From contig JAYWIR010000008.1 in NCBI GenBank assembly GCA_036172245.1, forward strand, positions 1,240,001-1,304,000: a DNA stretch of 64,000 nucleotides, given 5' to 3'. Origin of the DNA: Raillietiella orientalis. Lineage: Eukaryota. The notes under the pieces were generated by a model, which was given only the letters and a program-made list of their open reading frames with translations, had not been told where the DNA came from and did no database searches. Every line of letters begins with the position of its first letter. Position 1 is the first letter of the stretch. Position numbers and translations under genes: made by a program. Positions 13,701 through 28,349 of this stretch are shown one piece after another.

Positions 13701-15120
13701 GACATACTTAGGAGCAGGCATCCGATAAAAACACTAATTGGAACACTACTTTGTTCCGATTTTCTGAAGGTTCAGGAAACATGGAATGTCTTGATGGCTA
13801 CAGGTGTAAGTCAAAGGAAAAGCAGCAGCGTGAGATAATTTCATTGTACCGAGAGATTTTTCATTCCGCCTTGCAAGGGGTGAATACTTCCTTTTCAGCA
13901 AAACGCTGCATGCGATTTTAACTTGGTAACCCTGCACTGAGAAGCAACACCGATGATGCATGTCACTTCGTTTTACCCGTTCTCCAGTAACGTGCGTACT
14001 GCAATAGGAGTTGCGTTAATCCACGGGGAATCACTTTCGAGTGCCCGTGAAGCTCGTTTTCTTCAACTGAGTCGTTTTCCTTGGAACAGGTCATCTGATC
14101 ACGGATTTTTGGGAGAACGACCGAAGGGTCTTTTTTCATACCCGGGTCTTCGGTGAAAGTAATGCTTTACCACACATCCTTGTGAAGGGGAAAAAAAACA
14201 ATCCCCAGCTGAGTGATCTCTCTTCTGTCTTGTGAGAGGAACACAGTTTATTCGCGATGTGCTCAGAGTCTCTTTTCCACGTTGCATGCGGAATGGATGG
14301 TTGCAGACAAAACAAATGCAGACACTCCGAGGCAACCTCCCAAATCTGTCTGTCCCAAATCGGTTCTGCCAGAATACTTTTCACAGCCGAATTGTCTAGA
14401 GACAAGTGAAGAACCTCTTTAACCACACTGCAACGACTGCTGCTCTTCCTCGAGTTTTACAGAAAAAAGGATTGAAACAGATCCGAGATTTTCAAATTCT
14501 ACGCATCCTCCCACGTCTCATGTTCACCACATGGATCGTGGAGCCGTGCACGGCGGTGCTAAAGGGCAACCCAAACATTCGGCAACAGGAGTATTTTTCA
14601 GGAGTATCGAAGGTTCCTTGTGTTTCCAGGGAGAGTTTGCGAGAAATTTTGAAGCTCCGCCGTCCTATTCAAGAATCGAAAAGCACCCTGGAAAGAATAA
14701 GAGCTCGTAAGCTGAAGAACTAATAGAGTACTCGATTGGTGGGTGGAGATGCAAAGTTTTGCCGTGCAACAAGTAGTGCCGATAAGCACGGAATGCATTG
14801 AGTATGGAGCTAAAATTGCAACTGGGTGATGCAGGAATTTTAGACAGTGAACCCAGAAACCCCAGAAATCTATCAGACATCTTTGAATGTCTACAGAAAA
14901 AAGAAAATCTGCACTCTTACGAATTTCGTGGGCATAATATACTTTTCTCGAGAAATTTCAAATCTTTCGGATGCGTTGCTACGCATCTGAAAGATTCATT
15001 CCTCGGAGTCTGTTCTTCTTTCGTGGAAAAACAGTATTACAGATAAAATGTTCATAATAATCCATTTTAGAAGAATCCAGCAAGAAGCGAACCTTTTGTG
15101 ATGGAGCCTCGACTCGGTCG

Positions 15121-15173
15121 TTTTAAAGTTAAATTTAATTAGTTGATCGACAAAGTTTCAGTCACTAAAATAA
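15121..15173 (+). repeat. Dispersed ~53-bp AT-rich repeat, copy 1
   Basis: TTTTAAAGTTAAATTTAATTAGTTGATCGACAAAGTTTCAGTCACTAAAATAA aligns without gaps to 16573-16625, differing by transitions. Confidence 0.7.
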
Positions 15174-16572
15174 GTCGCATAAAATGCACTCGTACTGTTG
15201 ACTTCTCAGAACACCGTCCTGCACTGAAGTACTTGGCGTCTCAGATGTAGTCTGATTAGATCAGAAGACAAAAGATAAAGTCCTCGATTCGCTTTAAGGG
15301 AAGAATGCTGTAACTAATAAATACTAATAAAACCGTTTTTCGGTTCTTGGAAAGTTAGAGGAAGCATTGCGGTCCAGTGCATTGAAAGGATGTGCGATCA
15401 TCTTTGTGCCTACATAAACTGCAGTCGAGGAATTCAGCCCATCTCATTGACCTCAATGCTTCCTTACATCTTAACTTACAACCGCCAACAGAATCCTGCA
15501 AAAAACTGTCAAATTACGAGTCATTAATTTACCTAAGAGGATCTAAGAAATCTGCAGGTGAGCTTACGGCAATGTGAAAGGAAGAGCATTCTCTAGAAAT
15601 TCTTCAGAAAAAAAAGTCCTGTGGATAATTCAAGATAAAAACTTGAAAAATATACCGGAATCCTAAGCTGGCTACCTGGCTATGAACCAGAGCGGTTAGA
15701 ATCAACTGTAAAGTTCTCTTCTTCTTGAATTGTTTCTGCACACACACCTCTAAAAGGAATTTACATATATGTTACAGAAATGGATGCGAAAATGAATACA
15801 TTTCTTGTTGTGGCCATGCTTTTTTGCATTACTCGAGATCTGTCTTTATGATTACATCAACATAAGCTTGAAAGTTACATTCTAAATAATACTATTGGCA
15901 AGTCTGTTTTTTTATCCAGTGATTTCGTAGCTCAATAAAGCAGATTGAGTCATCTGCTTGATGGTCAAATATGGTTTCCGAAAAAGATGGTGAAACTGAA
16001 AGACCAAAGCACTTGAAAAGAATGTGCTTTATTAAACAGTTATGCCACATCAGTAACAGTGTATATAGAGGTACTCACAATAAAAGCAGGGAAGTATTTA
16101 TTACAGATACCATTAAGAAATCTCTAACATAAACTTTAGATGAATGAAATTCGCCACGGAGTTACAATGAACTCTTGAAATCAAAATCCTGATCAAATAT
16201 AGCAAGCTCACTACAATAAAGGTGGTTCCCTACATTGCGAAAGGTTTTTAATTAGATCAACCAGGATCAATCAGTGGAATATAAGTGATGCTTCCTTATT
16301 TGCAAACAGATGCAAACACTAAATGGCTGGTCTGAAATAAACAGTGGTATGCTTTACCAAATGAAAATTTCTGATGGTTATTTGTGCCAGAAATGCTCCA
16401 ATACTGGATATTAAAGAAACAGATTTCGATGAATCATGGGAATAGTGGCAACGGAATCCATGTAAGAAGAGATTAATCACGAACTCGGATCTAAATACAA
16501 CTTTGAAAATGAAGTAACAGAAATCATATGAAGTGCACATGAAATGTATGAATTTCGTTTTAAAAACAGTCC

Positions 16573-16625
16573 TTTTAAAATTAAATTTAATCAGCTGATC
16601 AACAGAGTTTTAATTACTAAAATAA
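16573..16625 (+). repeat. Dispersed ~53-bp AT-rich repeat, copy 2
   Basis: TTTTAAAATTAAATTTAATCAGCTGATCAACAGAGTTTTAATTACTAAAATAA matches copy 1 at 15121-15173. Confidence 0.7.
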
Positions 16626-18651
16626 AGGGGGCAGATTGCCTAGAGGAACTTTCTTTGAACTTACTCATATACTGAATTCACCAAAGTCCATGCCTTAGAC
16701 AACAGATCGGTTGCATTAAAAAAAACCAATACCATGTAGGTGAAATCTATGATAAGTGTCTGAATTAACGAAACACAAGTTCAATATTATATGAACAATT
16801 AACATTGACAACATGAGTTTCATCAGATGGAATAGATGTAGGAAAACCACTTTCAGGATAAACAAGAAAACGGACGTTATAGAGAGACGCATAGATTATA
16901 GAGAGACGCAAAAAGAGCATCAACAGACGTTAATGCACTTTCTGCATCGAGTTTCCAGCGTTCAAGGGTCACATGAAGGAAAACATCAAGGATAAAATAA
17001 GTGCATGGAAAGATTTCAACCCGAAACATTCAAAACAAGAGGAATGGATTGAAGAAAGGAAGGGAAAAGTATTCCAATTTAATTGATGAAATGATTTTTA
17101 TTAATGGTGCTAAATTCTTATGTGTTACTCACTACCATACTACAGCACGAAAACTCTTTGTACTCAAAGTCCTGAATAAGTTTTTGTGTACTCTTTTTCT
17201 TAAATAACAAAATTAAGAGAAAATATAGCTGGATTTTTTTCAAATTTCAATCAGTTGTTCATACAAACAGAAAATAGGTTTCATTTTTCGACAAAATCCA
17301 TCCTTCTGCCAAATGGTTTTAATTAATAAATGAAATTCAGATGATCTCCCAAAAAGTTCGTTTCCTTTGGGAAAAAACTGTCCGGTAGATTATTCTACAC
17401 CATTGTTTTCTTTAAGTACTCATAGCCACTTGCTGTATGGGCTGTCTCTTTCGTTAAGCTTCCTTCTGAATTCATTGGAACCGCTACTTATCCTATAATG
17501 AAAAAAATAATTAAACCAAGTTGAGCAAATGGGTGAGCAAAAGTACCACAAGTGAATTTCATTCACATTTTTGGTGCTGCATTCTTAATGTTTAAACTAA
17601 AAATTTGCTGAGACGCCTAAGTTACACACATAATTTAACTGTTCATGTGGACGAACCATTTCCACTGTGGTTCAGTCTGTGATAAGTAAAGAGACACTGA
17701 AAAACAAGAAATGCTAATTTTCTGGGATTTTTAAATTGCAAAATAAATTTAAATTTGCTTGACCACATGGAAATCTAAGATTCATTAAATGTGATTTGAA
17801 AATGAACATATGAAGCTCAATTTAGCTACTGGTCCATTAAATAAAAACTGTTAGATTAGCATGTAGAACATTCACAATGAAGAATTCAAACTGCTATATA
17901 ATGCATAATATGTATTTGCATATAATTTTTTATTTTCTTCTGGAATTATTTTGCAAATTTAAATATTACAATACGCAACCATGAAATACTTAAAGAAATG
18001 CAGATAAATATATGCATTAAATATCGTGGTTACAGTGAAAAGTAAATATAGTGGTCTGGATACACAAGCGTCTAAAATCTCGAGAATTTCATTTGATTTT
18101 CTTTTTATCTACAAAATATGTTTATGATAGCATCTAAAGGCATTACTATTAGTTCTGAAATTTTCATTTTGTTTTATAAACAAGACAAAATGTCTGGTAA
18201 CATGTGCAATATAAATAGTGGAAATTATTTCCCATGGTAAAGTGAAATTTGCAAAACAAACCATGTGATTTGTTTGGGAAAATATCTCGTGTTCTTATGT
18301 CCATGAGTGATTGTGTACCCAATATACCACCGAGACCATGCAATTAAAATCAGTGAGTGATTATTGAAATCATTTCTGGCTTTCCTATAGAAACAGGAAA
18401 AAAAAAAAAAAAAAATGCAAACCATTAATTAGTGTTTTGGTTGAAGTCATTTTTATCATGCTTCATGAAATGAAAAACCTCCTGAAAATTATTGCCAATG
18501 ATACCAATGCAGTTATTGCCATTTAATGGAAATCATAATAAGTGTTATATGACACTTCGAAGATATTCAAATTGAATTAATTTTGAAGTATTTCGTGCTT
18601 CACATTAACTTCCTTCTGCAAATACCTTATCCAAAAAATGTTTAACAAATA

Positions 18652-21600
18652 ATGATGTCAAAAGTGGAAAATACAGCAATATCAGATGAAACCAAAGTAT
18701 CTCTAGTCAGAAATCAATTAAAAAATGAAAATGATATTCTTATGTTTTCGTTGGTTCCTCATTTAAAAAGCTTACATGCTGACAGTGAAAGAAAAAGTTC
18801 TCATGGTTTGATACTGTTCGAAAGAGCAGATAAAGCATGGTGGAATCCCCGTTTTGATTCAAAAGTTCTAGAAGATCAGTTTTGGAAAACTAGTTTATCA
18901 CAAATATGTGTTCGCTTAAAGCATGCCTTATTGTATGTCTTGGTGCTTACTTTGGTCTGGAACATATACTTTATTTACAACTTTAGTCATCATTGGGTTT
19001 CACTAACAATTGGATGTCAAGCTTTAATTCTGATAACTGTGTGCATGTTATGTTTACGCCGTAGTAAAATATTTGCTAAACATCATGTGGTAATATCATG
19101 TGTGTATTCTATCATATTATGTGGTGCAACACTCACTGTAAATTCTCTTTATATAAGTTCGACAAATTGGTCATATATTTATGCTCAAGGTACTTTCTCA
19201 ATTGTTTTAGAAGTGCTTTTGCTTATTTATACTGTGATACCCATTCATTTTTATATGTGTTTTGTGATTACTTCCATTTATTCGATACTTTCGGAAATTT
19301 TGTTTTACAATTTTTTAAAGAACTCAGAAGAATTCTATATTCTCAATGTGAGAATTTTTCTTCATATATGTATCCATGTTATTGGAATTCATATATTTCT
19401 GATGTCAGAAGTGCGTACAAGAGAAACATTCTTAAAAGTAGCACAGTCTATTTTGAGAAGAAATGAATTAGAAATGGAAAAGCGTTTAAAAGAAAAAATG
19501 ATTCATTCAGTAATGCCACCCAAAGTAGCAGACTGGCTTATGTCTGAACGGCATGTGGATGAAAATGATGATGATGTGTTGACATCTACTGGATATAGGC
19601 ATTCAACACCACGATCATCAAATCCAGCTGATATGAAATCAATTTTTAGACCTTTCAACATGAGCCATATGGATAATGTGAGCATATTGTTTGCAGATAT
19701 TGTTGGCTTCACAAAAATGAGTTCTAATAAAACTGCTGAACAGTTGGTAGACCTTTTAAGTGATTTGTTTGGGAGATTTGACAACTTGTGTGTCAAAGAT
19801 GGATGTGAAAAAATCTCAACTTTGGGTGATTGTTATTATTGTGTTAGTGGATGTCCTGAACCAAAACCTGATCATGCACACTGCTGTGTGGAAATGGGCT
19901 TAGATATGATTACTGCTATCAAAGCTTTTGATGAAGATAAAAATGAGCAAGTAAATATGAGAGTTGGTATTCACACTGGAAGAGTCTTATGTGGCATAGT
20001 TGGTACTAAAAGATTCAAATTTGATGTCTTCTCCAATGATGTTACACTTGCAAACAAAATGGAATCCACTGGAAAACCAGGAAAAGTCCATATTTCTGAG
20101 AAAACGTACCAGTTTCTTAAATACGAATATTTTGTTGAAAAGGGGGAAAACTTAGATGGTAAATGCAAATGTGCTTATATTTCCAGCATTTTTTAATATT
20201 ATTTATATATATTTTGTAAACATCTTAAATGTAACTTAGTGTATCCTTTATTAGGTTAAGAAAATCTACTTAAATGAAAATTAACTTTTAAAGTATGCAG
20301 CGAAGCTGCAGTTTTTTTTTAAATTGTGAAAGCATTATGGCTTTTTTTTGTTATTTTTCCTGTTTAACATAAAGTCAATGCAGCTTGACTGTTTATCCAA
20401 AAATACATTTTAAGGATCATGTGAACATTGTTTATGTCTGAGTAAAGTTAAGACTTATTTTGAAAAGTATAGATGCAGAAGAAACTAATCTTGATATCAG
20501 ATCGTATTAAAACTTTACGTTGTTAATGTGATTTTTTAAGATTGATTACAATTATGATAAATTCTCTTTTATTACTTTTCTTATTAAGCAGTTGTGATTT
20601 TTCAGCAACAAGTCCCAAACTAATTTATTTGAAATTTTATTGTTTTGTAAGCATAAGAAATGTTTAGTAATAGAAATTTAAAGTGCTTAGTAAATCTTTT
20701 ATCAATTTTAAATAATAAAGATAATTTCATTTTATATAGTACTCTAAAATTACATATGTTTCTTGAGTCTAGTCAGTAATCCATTTTGAAAAGCATAATC
20801 TGAATGTGGTTTATTATTTATGTATATATGTATTTCTTCTTTCAGTAGGAGAACACTTGAGAGTAATCAGTGCTACAGATTTCATTAAAACAATTAGGTT
20901 TTTTGATTCTCGTACCGATTTTTGATTTATTGCCTTGTGACAGATGAAACTTATTTTAATGTCTTCAACTTCAGAACATTCTGTTGCTGGTACCTGTAGT
21001 ACTACGTAATATTAGTGGAAGGTATCAGAATAGAATGTTCAACATCATTTATCCTAATGTGTCTGCCCCCCTTGCAAAAATATTACCTTTTATTGATTTG
21101 ATGGACTGTTCCTTTGATGACCATAGTTCCTTGTTCTGACCTCCTTTGTAAAATTGAACTTTCGTCTTTTTGTAAGAGTTTGTGTTCAACCATAGTATGG
21201 TTCGTAGAACTTCGAAATACTTTGGATAAATGCATTGGATTTTTCAAAGCATTTTGAACTAAATTTCTGCAAATTTGGTTAACCTCATCTGCATTTGTAT
21301 GCATTGCAGATTTCCCTGCAGATAGTATGTGATTGACCTTATTTAGTTTGCCCAAACCTTGCGTTGTGGGACATTATTAAATTCAGGGGAATTCAAGATT
21401 GTAAAATTTTGTTTCAGTTATAAAAATTTGCATCCTATAAGTCTTCTATTTTGTGTTTACACATGTTTATATTATGCTGTGATTGAAGTCCTTCCGTTGC
21501 ATCACCCAAATCCACTTTGATATGTGTCTCTGCTCATACCACCACAAGTGTGTAAAAATCTGTGGCCATGCGTCACAGTTAGATATTTAGAATACGTTTA

Positions 21601-24600
21601 TGAATATCAAACATTATGAATTCAAGTGTATGATATGCACTTATGTTCCCAATAGTTATACTATAACACTCTTAGACGATTTTGTGTTTTTTTCCTCACA
21701 TTCTGCTTTCGTGTCCTCATTACTTGTGATGTATTTTTCCATAGTGGTTGCAACTTTTCTGGTTCCTTTATTGAAGAGATGATCTGCTTGACACTTGAAG
21801 GTCACTCAACTTGCCAATGTGATCCGGCAACTTTTTGCATCCGAAAATTGCTATAATTTTTTCATGAGATAGCCCGCGTGTCCAATTTGCGATCTGTATT
21901 TCCTATTGGATCTCGATCGGCAGATTTTCAAACCCCGGGAATCTTGCATCTCGAGGATAAGTTGCTTTCCCAAGTTTGCTAGCGGTTTCACGTGTCCCGA
22001 CTGGGACGTGAGGGTCAAAGAGGAGGCAGCCTTGCAGCAAAGGCTTGTTCGATGTGTTCCTTGCGAGGTCTTTCGCCTCCAGGCGTAAAGTAAGCACGCG
22101 CCTGTTTGCATTCCTGGTCAAAAGGAATTACCTGTGAGCTGTTATCAAAGTACCACCTAATAATACACCTAGTGGGTGATGCTTGCTTTCATTAAAAACT
22201 CTACCCGTTCATTTTTTTTTTTTTTTTTTTCCAAGTGCTGAACTCACATGTTCGTGAATTAGGAAGGTTGCCTTTAGGATGCTGAAGTAACGATTCCAGT
22301 TAGTCCGTGCTGTTCTTGCGCGAATCACTGAGCAAACGTCATCCGAAGTATCTGTTTCGTAGTGCTTAATAGCAGTTCCTCCAGTATCAAGGATGAGGAA
22401 ACGAAATTTTGCACGTGTTGGGGCATCCCCTTTCGTTTTCACGCCTTTCAACTCGCGGTTTGTTGTACGGTGAAAAATCACGTGTTTAATTCAAGTACAG
22501 GTCAAGGGTCAGGTGGCCGTAATGGCGGCATTCGGTTTTTCGAAATTCAACAGGCAAAATCGGAGGACATCCCAATTCTGTCTGACGCGCATGGGTTTGT
22601 ATGTTCAGCGGAAATTTTCCTTCGTCACGACAGGGTTGCACATTTCTGCCTGATGTTTCCCTTTCCATGTCCCTTCCCCCCCCCCCCACCCATTAAGCTT
22701 CTAGTGGACTATGAAATCGTTGGAGTATATTCATTATCCTTAGCCAGTAGTTGGGATCGGAACGTTTTCGTCGCCAAGTCCCCCCCCCCCCCCCCAAAAA
22801 AAAAAAAAAAGTGGAGAGATAGCACGGTATCCCCTTTTCAAGCCTCCCTGAAGAGTATAAACTCAGGTCGTCTCCGAGGCAGAGCAGATAATTTCAGAGT
22901 TGCATCCGTACTTCCAGCGGCAGTACATTAAATTTAATTAAAAATCGCAATCACGCGGAAACATGAAACTGCCCTCAAATGAAATGTGTCCTTACACCCG
23001 GATCGGAAACGAAGGCTTGTCCGTTTCAAAACATCGACTTGTTTTCAATAGGCATGAAGACCTATTTCATCCTTGGGAAAAGTCTCGGTAATGAGAAGGA
23101 AGCAGGAATAATGAACGAGAGAGATTACCTACGCATGAAAAGAAATGCTCAGATTGGACGATCCTTAAGGGAGTCAAAGGACATCCAGTTACAAAATGCG
23201 CTCACGAATCTTCCTCCCGAGCAGTCCTCAAAGGTAGGCAGAATCCTTGTAAACCGTGCGCATGGTTTGTCTGAAGAATGACTGCAGAATCATTTGTGGT
23301 TTCTGTAACGGACTCTGCCGTCGCCTGTCGTGTGGCCTTTTATTTACTTCATTTGAATTTCACTTTTGGGTTGCCACATAAAGCATTTTGTATTCTGAGT
23401 AATCACCCAAGATTTTCAGTTCCCACCAAATGACGGTCTGAATTCCTCCGAGCCGACGGATGTGGATGAAGAAGAGCAGCAGTTTCTGGCGAAGGGTGCA
23501 TTGGAAAACAACGGTAAAGTTTCAGGTAGTTATGGTTTCCAGCACTTTAAGAAAAATTGATAATTACGTTATAATGACTAACTCGTTATCGCTTATTCCC
23601 TGGAATGCCAGTAAAGAAGCGATCTAACGCTGAAAGAAATGTGCGCAGCGTTAAAAAATGAATAAAAAAAGAAAAACGGAGCATAGTGGAGATCTTGAAT
23701 GGGCTCACCCCTTTTTTTTGTCTCGTTCCCGTTTCGTCATTTTTTAGACACATAGCTAAGCAGCGCGCGTTACGTTTGAAAACATCTGTGGTGGTTTGCT
23801 AACGGCGTGGAAGTGATAGATCGGGAACGCCTTGTAGAAAGCTGCTGCGGTTGCGCCCTTTCGAAATTTGGGAAATGCAGTCCTCGGCCTGAGCTGATGC
23901 AAGTAATCAGTAGCAATTCGTTTTGGTTTCGTGTGCCATCTTCGATTGCTGCAGCAAATCACCCACAACTTCTCGTGGTTGATCCGTGCTCAGATGCCCT
24001 TTTTTAGAAAAAAAAAAAAATTGTAAATGTAACACACTCCAGTTTCAGCGAAAACTTGTGGAGTCGTAGAAAACTATGCTATGCATTTTAAACGGTTGTG
24101 GAGATCTGCAGCGACTGCATGCACGTTCAATAAGTAACGAGATCTCGAGAGAGGGAGATCAGTTGAAACTCCATGGAAGCCGCTCCTCAGCTGCCTTCCT
24201 TTATGATGGCAGGAAACTCGATTTTATTCGTGCTGAATTTAGGTTCCTTCTTTAACGTTTGATACAAGTAGGTACTTCTTCAAAATGTAGAAGAAATCCA
24301 AGCGCTGCCTTTATTTGAGGAAGTATTACATTAAATGGAGGCAATTGCTGGTTGCGTATGTTTCATGTGTTTTTATTCCTCCCCGTGCGCTTCAGAGGGG
24401 ATCAGAGGTGAAATTCACCTAGGAAATTTCCGGGAAGGGTCGCGGATTCGATTCTCCTCGATCAGATCAACTCGGATATGGAGTCCTCTCAAAACACCAT
24501 CTGAAAGAAGTGTTGCAACTGTTGCTCATAAAGATGTGTTAGCGAAGTGCAACAAACTGACAGCTCGTCTCTTAATGAGGAAAGTCCGGAACTCCCTGCG

Positions 24601-27223
24601 ATCACGGTTTGAGTCGACCCCTCATGTCGTCGCTACATCAATTCCGCTCATGCTGGCAGCGCGTGGAGATTTCCGTTGTAACCAGGGAAACGGGAGCACA
24701 GCATGCGCTGCCTTATTAAAAGGCTGAACTTTCGTCAAATTTCAAGTGAGGAACGCAGCACCAAAATACAGCGAAGATTGGGAAACTTTTAAGTCTTTAA
24801 TTCTTTTCTTTTCTTTTAAAAAAAAAAAATGTGTCCTTTTGCTGAACCTGCGGAGGAATGCAGATTCCTCCTCGAAGCCCATTTCTCTCCAGAGAGGGAA
24901 CACCACCATGTAAGAGTTATTCAATCCGTTTCGAGCATCTGATTTAACAGCGTTCCCCCCCCCCCCCCCCCTTCTTTTAAAGGCCAGCAGCGACGAGAAG
25001 ATCGTTACTATTGGCCTAGGATGATGGAAATCCCTGGGTGCTTTTTCCTTCATATTGTGTTCAATTTACATGTGGCATTTCCGAAACTTGCAGACATGGC
25101 TGCGATTGGAAAAACAAATTCATTTTGTATTATGTTTTTGTTTTGCGTATTCTTTGTCAAGAGTGTTCAAATTCTTGTATTAACAGAGTCGCAATTTTTC
25201 TTTTTTCTTTTTTTGTTGCGCGGATGCTTGTTATCTGGACAATAAGTTTTTGTGTGCAATGCTGCCACATCCTTTTTTTTTTTTTTTTTTTTTTTTTTCT
25301 CCTGCATTTGAAAGTACGTTTTATCTTTCGTAACTTTCTCGATTTGAACGTAATTTTTCCGCCGAGATCTTGCTTTGAATACTGCTCTGCTTTTGTGTCA
25401 TTGATGAGCGAGAATACATCACTGCGCTGAAATAAATATCGTGGAATGCTCTAGAGCTGGTTTCAATCGATTTTTGATCCCAGCAAATCAGCTGTCAAAT
25501 CATACGAGGAAATGAAATTGGTATGTATTTGAGGAATTGAAATCAGCCTGTATTGTTCCAAGCATTCATTTTCAATTTGTTTTAAGCTAAAGTATCTTAA
25601 AGAAACTGATCATCTTTTTGAATTGTAGTTCTGCTTCCTAACGAAGACATAAGGAATAGTAAACCCATATCACCGGACAAGAAATCCCGTAAGCAATCGG
25701 ATATTCAAATGGTCCGGTATATTCAGCAAGACACTACTCATAGAGATTATTTCTTGCATCCTCCTCTCGGTGCAATCACGTTGTTTTTCACTGATGTCCA
25801 GATGGAACGAGATTACAGACGCCACGGGCATCTCCACGCATGTTCGTCCGAAGGTGCCCCCACTCTGGCATCTCCACAGTTTAGCTTGTTTTTTGATTTA
25901 TTGGTGTCGGCAGTGGTGTTTGCAGTAATAAGTGTTTCGTGTTTCATAAATTTACGTCCAACCCCCGTGCTTGCTGCCGTGCTGTGTGCCGCAGGATTCT
26001 GCGTGCAAATCATGTTGCTGTGGTTATGTGTCCAAGAAATAACTGGACTGTGGTGCAGTCCCTTTCACTCGCTGTACAACTGGTGCAAGCAGTGGTATCC
26101 AGCTCATGCGATTGGAGCAGCGCTCGTCATTTTGCCTATTGCTATGGTTTACAGTCACTGGAATTGTGTCAGCATAGTATACAGTCATGTGTATTTCGAA
26201 CTTTTCTTCGTCGCTTTAGTCCACTTCTGCAACTTTAACCGATTGAATAACTGGTTGAAAAATACGCTGGCGGGCATTTCTGGGATCGTGATGATATCGC
26301 TGGTAGCGTCTCGTATGTGTCTGCCTCCACTTTTGACGTCAGCGGTAGTCAACGCGACCGGCATCACGAATTCCTCCGATCTTGAACCAGTGCAAGAAAA
26401 TTCAGATTCGGTTGCGCACGAGCTCGTTTTAGATGTTATCTTGTTGCTATGTCTCGTCTTCTCTCTCAATCGTCAGTTCGATATCGAGTGCAGATTAACT
26501 TTCCACGGAGGTGCCATGGCTGCTCGAGATAGAGCCAGCGTGCTGAGTCTGAAGCGTCAGGCCGACTGGTTGCTTAACAACATCATTCCTGAACACGTGA
26601 TGGTGGATCTGAAAACGAAAGCCCGTTACTCGCAGAACCACCACGACGTGGGCGTGATGTTCGCGAGTGTCATCAATTTCAACCAGCTATACGACGAGTC
26701 TTATTTAGGGGGACGTGAATACCTTAGGGTTCTGAATGAGTTGATAGGGGACTTCGATGACCTGCTCGACCGACCGCAGTTCGCGAACGTGGAGAAAATA
26801 AAGACCATTGGCAGTACCCTCATGGTTGCTTCCGGACTCAATCCGGAACTGAGGATGCAGAATGCAAACATATATCAACACCTGTTCGAACTGATGGATT
26901 TTGGATTTGCCCTTCTAGAATTAGTCGACGTTTTCAACAAGGATCTGATAGAGTTCAACTTCATAATACAGATAGGCTATAATTACGGAGACGTGACAGC
27001 TGGGGTCATCGGGACCACAAAGCTGTGTTACGACATATGGGGTGATACGGTGAACATTGCAAGCCGTATGTACAGCACGGGGGTGCCCAACCGCATCCAA
27101 TGTAGCGAGCACTGCATTTCCGCCTTGAGCAGGCGTTACGAATTCGAACCCCGTGGCATGGTTTACGTCAAGGGCAAGGACAACATGAACGTGTACCTGG
27201 CGAAGGGCAAGAAGGAGACCTGA
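18652..27223 (+). CDS. ADCY9: Adenylate cyclase type 9 ortholog (Drosophila Ac13E-like), 4 coding exons
   Basis: Exons 18652-20158, 23052-23233, 23420-23513 and 25629-27223 have GT-AG junctions with compatible phases. AC9-type N-terminus (LFERADKAWWNPRFDSKVLE), TM block, C1a (VSILFADIVGFTKMS, KISTLGDCYYCVSGCP, MRVGIHTG, FDVFSNDVTLANKMESTG), second TM block and C2a (EKIKTIGST, GVIGTTKLCYDIWGDTVNIASRM, VKGKDNM). Confidence 0.95.
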
Positions 27224-27777
27224 GGGATCCGCCCTGAGTTTGCCCTGAGTAGGTGATTTTACACGTCGGTGTGGAGCACGTCGCCTCGCCTTGTTTTCCG
27301 TATCAGATTATGGTTTCGTGTTCATGCTTTTCCGTACCGGAATCATCGTGGATACTCTGTTCTTCGTCTTCTGTGTCTGCTTTTTAGCTTGCATGTTAGC
27401 ATATTTATTCTTAGAAGATACATATGTGTTTGCGTAGGAATTTACTGAACATTTGCTTTAATCCTAGTCATTTTATACTTATCGCTTCGTTACATCAGTG
27501 CGCCTTCGGTTTCCGCCGAACCCTTGTTCCACTAATCATGTGATAGATTACCCGCTTATGTAGTGCTCTTGATTTCGTGTGATTCAGAATCATATTTCAC
27601 AGAAGTGACCGTGTAGTGAATTCAGTTTTGTACAGTATACCGAAAATCCCGAAATTTATTAGTGTTTTTTTTTTTGTTAACATGAAACATGAATCATATA
27701 GTTTACAATCTTCATGCTGTGCTCTCTGTAACTATACATTATGTTTCCGTCCCTCCATCATAATGTATGAATAAGCA

Positions 27778-27783
27778 AATAAA
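27778..27783 (+). terminator. Probable polyadenylation signal of ADCY9
   Basis: AATAAA about 555 nt after the stop codon, at the end of a T-rich 3' UTR-like stretch. Confidence 0.5.
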
Positions 27784-28349
27784 TTGTTATTGAAGTAATT
27801 TTCATGATTGCTTTATCACCTCTACGGTGATTTTGACGAAACGAGTCGGGGTAGGGTTCCAGACTGATATCATTCCTTGGTGATACCACTTTGGTTAATG
27901 CCGTGTAGGTTGCACTTTGAACCTTTTAACACCTTCAGTGCTTTGAGCCATTTCAGACATTCTGCTGTCTTCTTCTTACCGGTCAGCAGCGAAAACAGAA
28001 TCCTTTCGTTTGGGAAAGATCGGCACGACCGATGAATTGTATTCATTTTTGATGAATGGATCCGGGGTTTATCCCCGAGCAATCATAAGCGACCACCACA
28101 GCCTCTCCAGCGAATAAATTCCTTCCATCCCACGTGGACACTGCGCCACTTTCATGGGTCGTGAAGAAGAATTGCTGCAGCTATGTTCTCGACACCAGTG
28201 GATTATTTCAGACCCATAACCAGAGAAGTCTCCCGTTTCCCAAAAAGTCCACGTTCTCGGATTGTGACCACTCCTTAGTGTTCAACTAATTGGCTTAACA
28301 GGAACCAGATGCAGCGATACGCGGTTGCAGTGCTTTTGTTTGCCACCCT

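Noticed and set aside
4750..18600. Numerous ORF-track ORFs and exon-like pieces (for example 6553-6629 on -, 11700-11804 on +)
   Set aside because: No recognisable domains or consistent exon chain. They may include an unrecognised gene or ADCY9 5' UTR exons, but I cannot support a call.
24335..24727. Extra ADCY9 exon
   Set aside because: Exon 3 already splices in phase to the last exon, and this ORF shows no AC9 similarity.
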